The notes under the pieces were generated by a model that worked only from the letters and a program-made list of their open reading frames with translations, did not search any database and was not told the origin of the DNA. The position numbers and the translations under genes are program-made. Shown here in pieces: positions 1 to 10,840 of a DNA stretch of 64,000 nucleotides (position 1 is its first letter; each line of letters opens with the position of its first letter). Source of the stretch: Corynebacterium urealyticum (GTDB lineage: Bacteria > Actinomycetota > Actinomycetes > Mycobacteriales > Mycobacteriaceae); NCBI GenBank assembly GCA_020741275.1, contig DYZK01000025.1, positions 12,747-76,746 on the forward strand, in the 5' to 3' direction.

Positions 1-382
1 TCGCTCCTGCTGCCTCGTCGAGGTTGGAATCGGGGGCAAGATCATCCGCCCCCTCCTCCTCACCAACAACGGTGGCTTGAGGGAACCGGGCGTGCAGCCA
101 CTCGCGGATGAAATTCTCTGCGGCACGATCCGCTTCGGTGACAGGGTCGACTGCGGAAGACTTGGTCTGCGCCACCGGCATCGCCGAACCCATCAGCTCG
201 ATAACGGAGCCCGCCACCGCCTCACCATCAGTGCGCTCCCGGCGAGTGCGCAGCACCAAGGCGGCAGCACGTGCGGCAACATCTTCAGCAGCAGCCTGCA
301 GCTCGCGTACGCTCGCCGCGCCCGGAATCTCCTCCGGGACATAGTCAGTGGTGGATTTATCAAGCAACAAGGTCTCGGTCAT
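1..382 (-). CDS. suhB: inositol monophosphatase family protein (SuhB/ImpA-like), N-terminal part; gene runs off the window start
   Basis: Own translation of the minus strand from ATG 382: MTETLLLDKSTTDYVPEE...KSSAVDPVTEADRAAENFIREWLHARFPQATVVGEEEG. This is the IMPase-family K-x4-D-x-VT-x-AD...GEE motif. It is absent from the ORF track because it is truncated by the edge. It lies next to ppgK-sigA, as in Corynebacterium and Mycobacterium. Confidence 0.75.
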   Translation of the reverse strand, partial: MTETLLLDKSTTDYVPEEIPGAASVRELQAAAEDVAARAAALVLRTRRERTDGEAVAGSVIELMGSAMPVAQTKSSAVDPVTEADRAAENFIREWLHARFPQATVVGEEEGADDLAPDSNLDEAAGA

Positions 383-420
383 GCCTCCACAGATACCACT
401 GATGTGTAGCATTCAGATCC

Positions 421-1326
421 ATGAGCACCGAGCAGGCGAATAGTGCTGAATGGGCCGACATTACCGTGGGCTTCGACGTTGGGGGATCCGCAATCAAAGC
501 GGGCTTCGTCGACACCCGCAACCACTGTCTCGTTGGGGAACGGTTCACCGCCCCCACTCCCCAACCAGCAACCCCAGAAGCCGTTGCGGGCGCCGTTGCG
601 ACCCTCGCAACGCAGGTACTCGCCCAAGAGGTTGGCACGGAGCGTACCGCGACTTCTTCCCTCGGCGGATTTCAGAACCTGCGGATCGGCGTAGCCATTC
701 CCAGCGTGGTAGCCAGACAGGAGGCACGCACCGCAGCGAATATCGCGCACTCCTGGATCGGTACCCGACCCGCCGCGGTGTTCGACAACGCCCTGCGGAA
801 GGCGTTGCCGCACGGCAATTCGGATCGTTGCGCTCTCCAGGTGGCGTGGTTCTTCTTCAACGACGCCGACGCCGCCGGCATTTCTGAATGCGGCCCGGGC
901 GCCGCCGGCGAGGCTGCCGACCCGGAATACAGTCGACTCTTCCTGACCTTTGGCACTGGGATCGGCTCTGCTCTTTTCCGCGGAAGCAGGTTGTACCCCA
1001 ATACCGAGCTGGGGCACCTGACCGTGTTGACGGACGACGGCTCCCCCAGTTCTGCCGAGCATTGGGCTTCAGCGGCGGTGAAGGCTCGGCAGAACCTAAC
1101 GTTTCCCGAGTGGGCAGCCCGGGTGAGCACGGTGCTCAACACCTATGTCGCGTTGTTGCGCCCCCAGGAACTGATCCTCGGTGGCGGGATCTCCGCCGAA
1201 TCAGACCGGTGGCTGCCCAAGCTTGAGCTCGAAGAGCCTTCGGTCCGTGTGAGCATCGCGCGACATTTCAACAGCGCGGGCGTCATTGGGGCGGGGCTCG
1301 CCGCTTCTTGGGGGCTACGCCCCTAA
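421..1326 (+). CDS. ppgK: polyphosphate glucokinase (ROK family)
   Basis: 301-aa ORF with the ROK/actin-fold N-terminal motif VGFDVGGSAIKAGFVD. The conserved position directly upstream of sigA supports the call. Confidence 0.85.
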   Translation: MSTEQANSAEWADITVGFDVGGSAIKAGFVDTRNHCLVGERFTAPTPQPATPEAVAGAVATLATQVLAQEVGTERTATSSLGGFQNLRIGVAIPSVVARQEARTAANIAHSWIGTRPAAVFDNALRKALPHGNSDRCALQVAWFFFNDADAAGISECGPGAAGEAADPEYSRLFLTFGTGIGSALFRGSRLYPNTELGHLTVLTDDGSPSSAEHWASAAVKARQNLTFPEWAARVSTVLNTYVALLRPQELILGGGISAESDRWLPKLELEEPSVRVSIARHFNSAGVIGAGLAASWGLRP

Positions 1327-1350
1327 CCGGCGTGAGCAATAAAGCTTGGC

Positions 1351-1356
1351 TATAAT
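1351..1356 (+). promoter_or_regulatory. candidate sigma-A -10 box (gcTATAATgg) giving a roughly 320-nt sigA leader
   Basis: A perfect TATAAT in the extended corynebacterial context gnTAnAATng lies 25 nt after the ppgK stop. No convincing -35 was seen. This is prediction only. Confidence 0.4.
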
Positions 1357-1680
1357 GGTCGGCCGTTGGGCGCTTGGGCGCCAGGAGCAGCATTCCGGCT
1401 GCTCAGAGAAACTACTCCGCAGCAGAACACCGCCCGGCGGGCCGGGTCGGTTTGACGTCACCGACACGAATTCGTTGGTGGACGTATGCTGGCGAGTAGA
1501 ACAAAATGCGTCGATTCCTGGTCGCTATCCACCAGGAAACGGCGAGCAAACGTAGTTTGGATAGCGATTGGTAGGCACACCCCCCGAGCGGGGAACCTTC
1601 CTAAACGTACAACGAGGTCGCTGGCTTTGCCCGGCGGTCACAGCCGTACGTTGCAACAATCCCCGACCGAAAGGGCTTCT

Positions 1681-3309
1681 GTGGCTTCTCAAGACTCAAC
1701 CACCAGCGGTGATAGCGTCCAGGACGCAAGCGGGACGTCTGGCACTGCTGCACGGAAAGTCGCCAAGAAGACGGCTCGCAAGGCAGTCAAGCGCACGGCC
1801 CGCAAGGTCACAAGCGCCACTGCTGCAAAGAAGACGGCGTCCGCAGCTGCCACAGCAGACGCACCAGCCGTAGCAGCATCTGCGTCTGAAGATGCAGTCG
1901 AGGAGCCAAAGAAGGTCGCGAAGAAGACGGCTAAGAAGGCCACCCGCAAGGTCGCAAAGAAGACGGCGAAAAAGACGGCGAAGAAGGCCGCCAAGAAGAC
2001 CGTTAAAAAGACGGCGAAGAAGGCGGCCAAGAAGACCGCGCGGAAGGCTACCAAAGCGACGGCTGCTGCGAAGACGCAGGAGCAGCTCGAAGCGAAGAGC
2101 AAGGACGCCGAGGTCACCGCCAACGATGATCCGGAAGACGTCGACGACGAGTTCGATCAAGATGTCGAGCCGGATCTGGAGGATATCGGCGAGGACCTGG
2201 ACGAGGACCTCGATGACGACCTGGACGAGGACCTCGATGACGAGGACGAGGACGCCGACGAGGAGGAAGAAGAAGACGAGGACGACGAAGAGGAGTCTTC
2301 GACCTCCAAGGACGGCCGCGACGACAGCGTGTGGGACGAGGACGAGTCCGCCGCTCTGCGCCAGGCCCGCCGCGACGCTGCCCTCACCGCATCTGCAGAC
2401 TCCGTCCGCGCCTACCTGAAGCAAATTGGTAAGGTCGCCCTGCTGAATGCGGAGCAGGAGGTCTCGCTGGCAAAGCGCATCGAGGCTGGCCTGTACGCAA
2501 ACTACCGGCTCAAGCAGATCAAGGACTCCGGCGAGCGCCTCTCCCCGATGAACCGCCGCGACCTGCGCGAGATCGACCGAGACGGCCGCAAGGCGAAGAA
2601 CCACCTGCTGGAGGCGAATCTTCGCCTCGTGGTCTCCCTGGCCAAGCGCTACACCGGGCGTGGCATGGCGTTCCTGGATCTGATCCAGGAGGGCAACCTG
2701 GGCCTGATCCGTGCGGTGGAGAAGTTCGACTACTCCAAGGGATATAAGTTCTCCACCTACGCCACCTGGTGGATCCGCCAAGCGATTACGCGTGCGATGG
2801 CTGACCAGGCACGCACGATCCGCATCCCGGTTCACATGGTGGAGGTCATCAACAAGCTCGGTCGCATTCAGCGCGAGCTGCTGCAGGATCTTGGTCGCGA
2901 GCCGACGCCGGAAGAGCTGGCCCGCGAGATGGACATCACGGTCGACAAGGTGCTGGAGATCCAGCAGTACGCCCGCGAGCCAATCTCCCTGGACCAGACT
3001 ATCGGTGACGAGGGCGACTCCCAGCTGGGAGACTTCATCGAGGACTCTGAAGCGGTCATCGCAGTGGACGCTGTGTCCTTCACGCTGCTGCAGGACCAGC
3101 TGCAGGACGTCCTGCATACCCTGTCCGAGCGCGAGGCCGGCGTGGTGAAGCTCCGCTTCGGTCTGACCGATGGTATGCCGCGCACCCTGGACGAGATCGG
3201 ACAGGTTTACGGTGTGACCCGCGAGCGCATCCGACAGATCGAGTCGAAGACGATGTCCAAGCTGCGCCACCCATCCCGCTCCCAGGTTCTGCGGGACTAC
3301 TTGGACTAA
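1681..3309 (+). CDS. sigA: RNA polymerase principal sigma factor SigA
   Basis: Primary sigma-70 regions 1.2-4.2 are present ([77 protein letters not shown]). The start is placed at GTG 1681 behind a gaaaggg SD. The frame is open back to 1486, so the start is uncertain. Confidence 0.95.
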   Translation: MASQDSTTSGDSVQDASGTSGTAARKVAKKTARKAVKRTARKVTSATAAKKTASAAATADAPAVAASASEDAVEEPKKVAKKTAKKATRKVAKKTAKKTAKKAAKKTVKKTAKKAAKKTARKATKATAAAKTQEQLEAKSKDAEVTANDDPEDVDDEFDQDVEPDLEDIGEDLDEDLDDDLDEDLDDEDEDADEEEEEDEDDEEESSTSKDGRDDSVWDEDESAALRQARRDAALTASADSVRAYLKQIGKVALLNAEQEVSLAKRIEAGLYANYRLKQIKDSGERLSPMNRRDLREIDRDGRKAKNHLLEANLRLVVSLAKRYTGRGMAFLDLIQEGNLGLIRAVEKFDYSKGYKFSTYATWWIRQAITRAMADQARTIRIPVHMVEVINKLGRIQRELLQDLGREPTPEELAREMDITVDKVLEIQQYAREPISLDQTIGDEGDSQLGDFIEDSEAVIAVDAVSFTLLQDQLQDVLHTLSEREAGVVKLRFGLTDGMPRTLDEIGQVYGVTRERIRQIESKTMSKLRHPSRSQVLRDYLD

Positions 3310-3346
3310 ACCGCACGTCTTACCCGCTGATGCGGGACCGGAAAAG

Positions 3347-3379
3347 AAAACAACCGCCGGGTTTCCCGGCGGTTGTTTT
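3347..3379. terminator. bidirectional intrinsic terminator between convergent sigA and the 3489-3884 gene
   Basis: A perfect 14-bp stem (aaaacaaccgccgg / ccggcggttgtttt) has loop gtttc. It is flanked by an A-run on one side and a T-run on the other. Confidence 0.85.
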
Positions 3380-3488
3380 CTCGTTATCTGCCTCTTGTTC
3401 GTGAAATGTTCTTCCCCAGCCCCTTTAAATCTTGCTTGAGATCGGGCGGGACCTCTTTTCGGAAACCGCGCCACGAACCAGCGTGGAG

Positions 3489-3884
3489 CTAGTTGCGTCG
3501 GTGCTCCTTGACGCATTGAGTCAGCTCCCCGTCGCTGAGCCCCTTGCACTGCTCCGGAAACTCAGTGGCCACCTTCGTGGTGATCAGCGCTAGGCCCATC
3601 GCGAGGATCGCGAGCACGAGCCCCACGATGGGGTAGGCTCGCGCCGTGCCGTGGCGGTTCGCGCGGATGAGGGCAACGATCGCCACGACCAGCGCAATCA
3701 TCGCAACAAAAATACCGATCAGCGGGAGCAGCCCAGCCGGGAGGGCAAGCACACCCAGGATCAGTGCGGCCAGCGACATCCGGCTGGCTACCTGGGGTGC
3801 GTGGGGCTGTACGGCCGGCTGGCCACCAGCTGGATTCTTCTTCGCCATCTCGACTCGACGGTCCTTTCTCGGAATTTCACTCAT
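3489..3884 (-). CDS. small integral membrane protein (DUF4190-like)
   Basis: 131-aa ORF with three hydrophobic helices (LAALILGVLALPAGLLPLIGIFVAMIALVVAIVALI, YPIVGLVLAILAMGLALI). An alternative start is ATG 3848. Confidence 0.55.
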   Translation of the reverse strand: MSEIPRKDRRVEMAKKNPAGGQPAVQPHAPQVASRMSLAALILGVLALPAGLLPLIGIFVAMIALVVAIVALIRANRHGTARAYPIVGLVLAILAMGLALITTKVATEFPEQCKGLSDGELTQCVKEHRRN

Positions 3885-3927
3885 ATCCCTGGCCCGGGCT
3901 GCGGTGTTCCCGGCATGAGGGCACAGC

Positions 3928-5664
3928 CTACCAGTCGCGCAGATAGGCGATACGGTCTCGCAACTGCTCAGCGGTGCACAACGCGGTCGGAGGTCCGCCG
4001 CAATTGCGACGTGCCTCGTTGTGGATGGAGCCCTGCGGTCTGCCGGTCCGTGCCGCAGTCATGTTCACCAGCGCGTTGAGCTCCTTGCGCAGGGCGGGCA
4101 GCTCCTCGCTGGCCACGCGGCGACGGTGCGCCTCCGCGCCGCTCATTTCACCGGCAGCCCCGCCGCTGCGGCGCTCTTCAGCCTCCCGGCGCTTACGCTC
4201 CTCGGCTTCGCGGGCGCGTGCTTCGACCTGGTCGGCCTGCCGCTGCTTCAGCAGAGTGCGCATCTGCTCCGCGTCCAGCAGCCCCGGCAGACCCAGGTAA
4301 TCCTGTTCCTCCGCGGAACCGGCCAGAGTGGTCGTGCCGTAGGTCGAGCCGTCGTAAATCAAAGAATCCAGCTCGGCCTCCGCACCGATGGACTCGTAGG
4401 TCGTCAGCTCATCTGGCTCGTTCTCCTCGCGATTGGCTTGAGCCAGCAGCTCATCGTCCCAGCCTTCCTCGTCCTTCTTCGGAACGCCGAGCACGTGGTT
4501 GCGCTGCTTTTCCAGCTTGGACGCCAGGTCCAACAGCACGGGCACACTGGGCAGGAACACGCTGGCGGACTCGCCCTTGCGGCGGGAGCGCACGAAGCGA
4601 CCGATTGCCTGGGCGAAGAACAGCGGGGTCGCAGCACTCGTGGCATAAACACCCACCGCCAGGCGGGGCACGTCCACACCCTCCGAAACCATGCGCACCG
4701 CAACCATCCATTCGTCCTGGCTGGCGGAAAACTCCTTAATGCGGTCGGAAGCACCGACCTCATCGGAAAGGACGACGGTAACCGGAGTGCTGCTGATCGT
4801 CGACAGGATCTTGGCGTAGGCGCGGGCGGTCGTCTTATCGGTCGCGATGACGAGGCCGCCAGCGTCCGGGATGTGGTTGCGCAGCTTCAGCAGGCGAGTG
4901 TGGGCAGCCTTCAGGACCGCGGGGATCCACTCCCCCTTCGGGTCCAGCGCCGTCCGCCACGCGCGGGCGGTTTGCTCCGGAGTGAGGGTCTCACCCAGCC
5001 GGGCCTCGAACTCCTCGCCCGCACTCGAACGCCACCGCGCCTGTCCGGAGTAGGCCATGAAGACCACCGGCCGGACCACGCCGTCGCGAAGCGCCTCCGA
5101 GTATCCGTAGGTATAGTCCGCTCGGGATTCCAGCGCACCGTCGGTGCCCGGGACCTCGATGTAGTCCACGAAAGGGATCTGGGCGTCATCGGAGCGGAAC
5201 GGGGTACCGGTCAGCGCCAGTCGACGCTCAGCGTGAGCATAAGCCAAGCGCACGCCGTCTCCCCAGCTCTTCGCGTCACCAGCGTGGTGGATCTCGTCAA
5301 GGATCACCAGAGTCTTCTGGGCGGTGGCTACCTGATAGTGCTTGGTGGGCTTCATGCCGACCTGGGCATAGGTCACGGCCACGCCGTCGTAGGCGTTATT
5401 GAATGGCGAGGAGTTGGAAAACTCAGCGTCGAGGGCTATCCCCATGGCAGCGGCGGAGAGCGTCCACTGGACCTTCAGGTGCTCTGTGGGAACCACGATA
5501 ACGAGTCGCTGGACAACGCGCTTCTCCAGCAACATTGACGCCAGCGTCAGGGCAAAAGTGGTCTTACCGGCACCCGGCGTTGCGACCGCAAGGAAGTCCC
5601 GCGGCTGCTGCTCCTGGTAGAGGTCCAGGGCCTCCTGCTGCCATGCACGGAGGGTTCTTTTCAC
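3928..5664 (-). CDS. SF2 DEAD/DEAH-box (Res-subunit-like) helicase, function unknown
   Basis: 578-aa ORF with Walker A ATPGAGKT, DEIHH (motif II) and helicase C-terminal motifs (VSEGVDVP, QAIGRFVR). It has a charged C-terminal tail. Confidence 0.85.
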   Translation of the reverse strand: MKRTLRAWQQEALDLYQEQQPRDFLAVATPGAGKTTFALTLASMLLEKRVVQRLVIVVPTEHLKVQWTLSAAAMGIALDAEFSNSSPFNNAYDGVAVTYAQVGMKPTKHYQVATAQKTLVILDEIHHAGDAKSWGDGVRLAYAHAERRLALTGTPFRSDDAQIPFVDYIEVPGTDGALESRADYTYGYSEALRDGVVRPVVFMAYSGQARWRSSAGEEFEARLGETLTPEQTARAWRTALDPKGEWIPAVLKAAHTRLLKLRNHIPDAGGLVIATDKTTARAYAKILSTISSTPVTVVLSDEVGASDRIKEFSASQDEWMVAVRMVSEGVDVPRLAVGVYATSAATPLFFAQAIGRFVRSRRKGESASVFLPSVPVLLDLASKLEKQRNHVLGVPKKDEEGWDDELLAQANREENEPDELTTYESIGAEAELDSLIYDGSTYGTTTLAGSAEEQDYLGLPGLLDAEQMRTLLKQRQADQVEARAREAEERKRREAEERRSGGAAGEMSGAEAHRRRVASEELPALRKELNALVNMTAARTGRPQGSIHNEARRNCGGPPTALCTAEQLRDRIAYLRDW

Positions 5665-5676
5665 CTTGTATCGGAC

Positions 5677-5919
5677 CTACTTCTTACGCAGGCTCTGGTA
5701 AATTTCCTCGCACTCCGGGCACACCGGGGAACCCGGTTTTGCCTGCTTGGTCACCGGGAAGGTCTCACCGCACAGTGCAACCACCAATCGGCCCATGACC
5801 GCCGACTCCACGATCTGGTCCTTCTTGACGTAGTGGAAAAACTTTGGGGTGTCGTCCTGAGTCTGCTCCCGCTCATCAACCTTCGGACGTTCCAGCGTGC
5901 TGGTGCTCGTGGCGCTCAC
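5677..5919 (-). CDS. DUF3039-family small protein (putative zinc ribbon)
   Basis: 80-aa ORF with FHYVKKDQIVESAVMG...ALCGETFPV...SPVCPEC. It lies 12 nt upstream of the helicase gene. It resembles the Rv2708c-type protein found between sigA and sigB. Confidence 0.7.
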   Translation of the reverse strand: MSATSTSTLERPKVDEREQTQDDTPKFFHYVKKDQIVESAVMGRLVVALCGETFPVTKQAKPGSPVCPECEEIYQSLRKK

Positions 5920-5979
5920 AATCCTCCATCTTGCCCCTGGGGGCTTCCCACAATTGACTCTCGTACTACCGTAGACGGT

Positions 5980-6450
5980 ATGTCAGCAGCAGAGAAACGT
6001 GCCGGTCGTACCCGGGGCACTTCGGCCACCGGAGCGCGCCGTTTCCGCCGTCCTGGCAAGCGGGTTGACCGGATCACTGATGCGAAGAAGTCGCAGTTGG
6101 AGGACTGGCACCACCGGCGTCGCCTGTATTTGGGGCTCCAGATCGCCCGCATCCCGGTGCTTGTCTTGGCCGTGATCCTGCTGTGGGTCACCAATAACCT
6201 CATGTTGGGCGCGGTGGTGGCGTTCATCAGTGTTCCACTGCCCTGGGTTGCGGTCATGCTCGCCAACGAGGCCGGGGAGGCTACCAAGGAGTCGGAAAAG
6301 GTCTACAAGCCTGGCCTCGTGCGAGCCAACCGGGAAGCACTGGCCAATTCCCAGCTCTCCCAGGCGACGAGCCCGCAGCGACAGCTGGAGCCCAGCGACG
6401 TAGACTCCACCGACCGCCACCCCGTCATTGACCACGCGTCCGAAGACTAG
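5980..6450 (+). CDS. DUF3099-family membrane protein
   Basis: Two TM helices (IARIPVLVLAVILLWV, LGAVVAFISVPLPWVAVMLA) follow a basic N-terminus. The start is chosen at ATG 5980 and the frame is open back to 5833. The position matches Rv2709. Confidence 0.7.
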   Translation: MSAAEKRAGRTRGTSATGARRFRRPGKRVDRITDAKKSQLEDWHHRRRLYLGLQIARIPVLVLAVILLWVTNNLMLGAVVAFISVPLPWVAVMLANEAGEATKESEKVYKPGLVRANREALANSQLSQATSPQRQLEPSDVDSTDRHPVIDHASED

Positions 6451-6499
6451 CCCGACCATCGTCACGGTGGCCGTGCAGCATGCCACTGCCTCAGCGCCA

Positions 6500-6522
6500 C
6501 TGAAGAGACCAAAGCTCTTCAG
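6500..6522 (+). terminator. possible hairpin terminator after the DUF3099 gene
   Basis: An 8-bp stem (ctgaagag / ctcttcag) has a 7-nt loop. There is no T-tract, so the call is weak. Confidence 0.3.
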
Positions 6523-6575
6523 GCGCCACGCAGAGCCAGTTTCCCAACTACGACCGAAAAAAGGCAATCCCCACA

Positions 6576-8294
6576 GTGACAACCCAACCTTCCAGCATGC
6601 AGCTCACGTCCCAGCCCGCCCGCGAGGCCCTCGGCGGCCTGCTTTCCGCTGCCCGTGAGTGCGGCCTCAGCACTACCCTGCTCGAGGATGTCCTGGGCGA
6701 GGCTGGCCTTCGCGCCCTCAACCTTGCCAACCCAGCCGGCGCGCTGCGCGCGGTCCGCGACTATGGCCAGGGCAACTCCACACGCGCCACAGGCACACCC
6801 GAACTGGTGGAGCTCTTCGTCCTGCGAGAACCAGCAACCCGGGCGCGGTGGCAGGAACTCATCGGCACTGACCTCACCCGGCGCGCCATCGACGCCCGCC
6901 TGATCGCCTCCCTGCCCGGCAGTGCGGATGAGCTGCAGCTGCGGGTGGATATCCGCCCTTATTCCTTCCCACACTTGTTCGGTGATGCGGATAGCGATGC
7001 ATCGAGCCTTGGCGGCGAGTTCTTGCTCGCGTCGGATCCGGACGCTGGCCTGTGGCCGCAGGAGCCCACCCCGGATGATCACGTACCGGGCCTGGGTAAC
7101 GCGCCCCGGTCGCTGCTTCGAGCCATCCCGCCGGCGGACAATCCGTGGCTGCCTTCCCCTCAGCGGATCCTCGACCTGGGTTGCGGCGGTGGGGCGCTGA
7201 GCCTGGCCTTGCAATTGGCCTACCCTGAGGCGCACGTGGTGGGAACGGATATTAGTGGCCGGGCGTTGGACTTCGCCGCCATCAATGGCACGCAGCTCCA
7301 TTGGGCACCGGGTCAGTGTTCTACAGATGTAGCAGCTCCCGAAACCGGCATCGAGTGGCGGGAGGGTTCCTGGTTCGAGCCCGTGGCGGGTGAGCGCTTC
7401 GATCTCATCGTCTCCAATCCACCTTTTGTGGTCCAACCCCCGGAGGTTGGGCATGTCTACCGTGATTCTGGGCTGGGCTTGGACCGTGCGACCGAGCTGG
7501 TAGTCTCTCGTGCTCCTGAGCATCTCTCCCCCGGCGGAACGGCACATATTCTGTGTTCTTGGGCGGTGTCCGCTGAGGATTCGGTGGCGTCGAAGTTGGG
7601 GCGTTGGCTACCGACGGAAGGGGTGCGTGCTTACGGCCTCGTGCGGGAGTATGTGGACCCGGAGACCTATGTGACGACGTGGCTGAGCGACGAGGGTATT
7701 GACCCACGATCCCCAGCGGGACGGCGGAAGGCCGGGCAGTGGCTTCACTACCTGGCTGAAAACGGCGTCAGCCATATTGCGCTGGGCTTTGCACACCTTC
7801 GAGCTATCGATGGCTCCACTGAGGTCACCGTAGAGCAGCTGCCCGACACCATGGTGCCAGGAACCCCGCTGGGTGCTGAGGTGGCGGAGTGGTTTATCCG
7901 CAGTCAGTGGCTGGCCGAGGTATCCGCCGAGGATGTCCTGGCCGAGTGTTTTGCCGTGCGCCCTGGGGTGGCCACCGAGTTTGTGCGGCAGGCCGATGCG
8001 GAGGCCGGCCAGGGTTTCCGGGAACTGTGTCTACGCCTGGCGCGAACGGATGGTCCGGCATGGACGCATGAGATCGACGCCGCAGTGGAGTCCATCCTCG
8101 CCGGTCTGAACCCAGAAGGATTGGCTTTGGAAGACGTGCTAGGGCTCTATGCGACTGTGACCGGGCCTTCCGAGGACAAGTCGCACGAGGATTATGAGGA
8201 AGTCCTGATTGAGAGGATGCTGGGGATCATCGTGGACCTCGTTCGCCACGGCATCGTATTGCCGAGCAGCCTGGTCGACTGGGCAGAAAGGTAA
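6576..8294 (+). CDS. class I SAM-dependent methyltransferase (NPPF-type, large N- and C-terminal extensions)
   Basis: 572-aa ORF with SAM-binding [15 protein letters not shown] and the catalytic-type motif LIVSNPPFV. The start is GTG 6576 or ATG 6597. Confidence 0.8.
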   Translation: MTTQPSSMQLTSQPAREALGGLLSAARECGLSTTLLEDVLGEAGLRALNLANPAGALRAVRDYGQGNSTRATGTPELVELFVLREPATRARWQELIGTDLTRRAIDARLIASLPGSADELQLRVDIRPYSFPHLFGDADSDASSLGGEFLLASDPDAGLWPQEPTPDDHVPGLGNAPRSLLRAIPPADNPWLPSPQRILDLGCGGGALSLALQLAYPEAHVVGTDISGRALDFAAINGTQLHWAPGQCSTDVAAPETGIEWREGSWFEPVAGERFDLIVSNPPFVVQPPEVGHVYRDSGLGLDRATELVVSRAPEHLSPGGTAHILCSWAVSAEDSVASKLGRWLPTEGVRAYGLVREYVDPETYVTTWLSDEGIDPRSPAGRRKAGQWLHYLAENGVSHIALGFAHLRAIDGSTEVTVEQLPDTMVPGTPLGAEVAEWFIRSQWLAEVSAEDVLAECFAVRPGVATEFVRQADAEAGQGFRELCLRLARTDGPAWTHEIDAAVESILAGLNPEGLALEDVLGLYATVTGPSEDKSHEDYEEVLIERMLGIIVDLVRHGIVLPSSLVDWAER

Positions 8295-8304
8295 GTGGAG
8301 GATC

Positions 8305-8772
8305 ATGAAGGCAGTTATCAGCACGGTGAGTCAGGCCAGCGTCGACGTCCGGGATAAATCCGGTGAGCGCCGTCGCGTCGGTGAGGTCTCCGGTCCGGCG
8401 TTGCTTGCCCTCATCGGCAGCGGCAAGGACGACGACGCCGACGCCTGGGAGACGATGGTGCGCAAGATCGCCGAGCTGCGGTTGTTCCCTGCCTCGGGTG
8501 AGCCGTGGGGTGGTCAACGGGATCTGTCGGTTGAGGAGGTGGGCGGTTCCGTGCTGCTGGTTAGCCAGTTCACCCTGATGGGCAAGACGAAGCGGGGACG
8601 GCGCCCCAGCTGGTCGGAGGCGATGCCGGGGCCTGCTGCTAAGCCGGTGATTGAGAACATCGTCCAGGGGCTCCGGGATCGTGGGATCCATGTTGAAACT
8701 GGCGAGTTCGGGGCGGACATGCAGGTCAGCTCAGTCAACGAGGGACCTTATACCGTGTTGGTCGAGTGTTAG
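8305..8772 (+). CDS. dtd: D-aminoacyl-tRNA deacylase
   Basis: [15 protein letters not shown]...[18 protein letters not shown]...[18 protein letters not shown] is a typical Dtd. ATG 8305 lies behind an aagtggagga SD. Confidence 0.9.
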   Translation: MKAVISTVSQASVDVRDKSGERRRVGEVSGPALLALIGSGKDDDADAWETMVRKIAELRLFPASGEPWGGQRDLSVEEVGGSVLLVSQFTLMGKTKRGRRPSWSEAMPGPAAKPVIENIVQGLRDRGIHVETGEFGADMQVSSVNEGPYTVLVEC

Positions 8773-8846
8773 GTCGGCGATGCTTGGGGTAGCTAGCCCC
8801 GTTTGTGGGGTGTGGCGTTCTCCACCCCGACGGTTGGTCTGGGTCT

Positions 8847-8876
8847 GGGAACAAAATCCGGGCTCTGGCCGTTGGT
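8847..8876 (+). promoter_or_regulatory. ECF (SigE/SigH-type) promoter GGGAAC-N18-GTT upstream of sigB
   Basis: gGGAAC lies at 8847-8852, followed by an 18-nt spacer and GTTgg at 8871. The element is about 70 nt upstream of the sigB ATG. It matches the GGAAC-N17-18-GTT class known to drive sigB in mycobacteria. Confidence 0.5.
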
Positions 8877-8944
8877 TGTATTAGCGCCTCAAAAATAGCG
8901 CCCCGTCGGATGCCCATCGTGAGCTCAAGAGGAGACCTAACTGC

Positions 8945-9967
<1,023 letters not shown>

Positions 9968-10058
9968 TGCGCCACTCCCCTGTACCGGGGATGTATGGTT
10001 GAGGCGTTGATTTTTTCGAGGCTTCCATCAGCTCGAAAGGTGAGAAAGGGCGAGTAGG

Positions 10059-10778
10059 GTGCGCGATCTAGTAGACACAACGGAGATGTACCTCCGGACG
10101 ATTTACGAGCTCGAGGAAGAGGGCATCCCGCCACTGCGCGCCCGGATCGCTGAACGGCTTGAGCAGTCCGGCCCCACGGTAAGCCAGACCGTGGCCCGCA
10201 TGGAGCGCGATGGACTGCTCTCCGTTGAGAAGGACCGCTCTCTGAAGCTATCCACCGAGGGCCGCGCACTCGCGACCGCCGTCATGCGCAAGCACCGCCT
10301 CGCCGAACGTCTGCTGACCGACGTCATCGGCCTGCCGTGGGACAAGGTTCACGACGAAGCCTGCCGGTGGGAGCACGTCATGAGTGACGAGGTCGAACAG
10401 CGCCTAGTCGAGGTTCTCGACGAGCACGACACCTCCCCCTTCGGCAATCCCATCCCAGGGCTGGATTTCCTGACCGGGCAGGCAGCGGACGATGCGGATT
10501 TCGCCCAGACGGCCGTGGCGGAAGACCCGAATTCGGTTCGCGCCGCCGATCTGGCTACCGGCGAGGAGCACGAGGCCGTGGTCGCCAGCTTTAACGAGAT
10601 CGTGCAGGTCGAGGGCTCCTTGATGAAGCGGCTGCGCGAGGCGGGCATTCTCCCAGGTGTCACTGTCACCGTCATCCCGACTGAGGATCACCTCATTCTG
10701 CGTGGCGAGTCCGCCGAGGTCGCCATCCCCAGCGAGCTGGCGCACGCGGTCCGCGTACGCAACGTGTCGGGCGCTTAA
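10059..10778 (+). CDS. dtxR: iron-dependent repressor DtxR/IdeR
   Basis: (V)[53 protein letters not shown] plus metal-site residues and an SH3-like C-terminal domain. The start is GTG. Confidence 0.95.
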   Translation: MRDLVDTTEMYLRTIYELEEEGIPPLRARIAERLEQSGPTVSQTVARMERDGLLSVEKDRSLKLSTEGRALATAVMRKHRLAERLLTDVIGLPWDKVHDEACRWEHVMSDEVEQRLVEVLDEHDTSPFGNPIPGLDFLTGQAADDADFAQTAVAEDPNSVRAADLATGEEHEAVVASFNEIVQVEGSLMKRLREAGILPGVTVTVIPTEDHLILRGESAEVAIPSELAHAVRVRNVSGA

Positions 10779-10840
10779 CCACCTCGACGCCTCCCGGCCC
10801 CGCCAGACCCCGCATTCCTCGATTGAAGAAAGCCCCCACA

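Noticed and set aside
77-409. Plus-strand ORFs of 110 aa and 78 aa at the window start.
   Set aside because: They are antisense to the clear inositol-monophosphatase frame (KSSAVDPVTEADRAAE...GEE). Their translations look like shadow sequence.
1346-1555. A 69-aa ORF inside the sigA upstream region as a possible leader peptide or small protein.
   Set aside because: It has no SD, and its codon usage and composition are atypical. It overlaps the longest sigA frame region and is more simply explained as 5-prime UTR.
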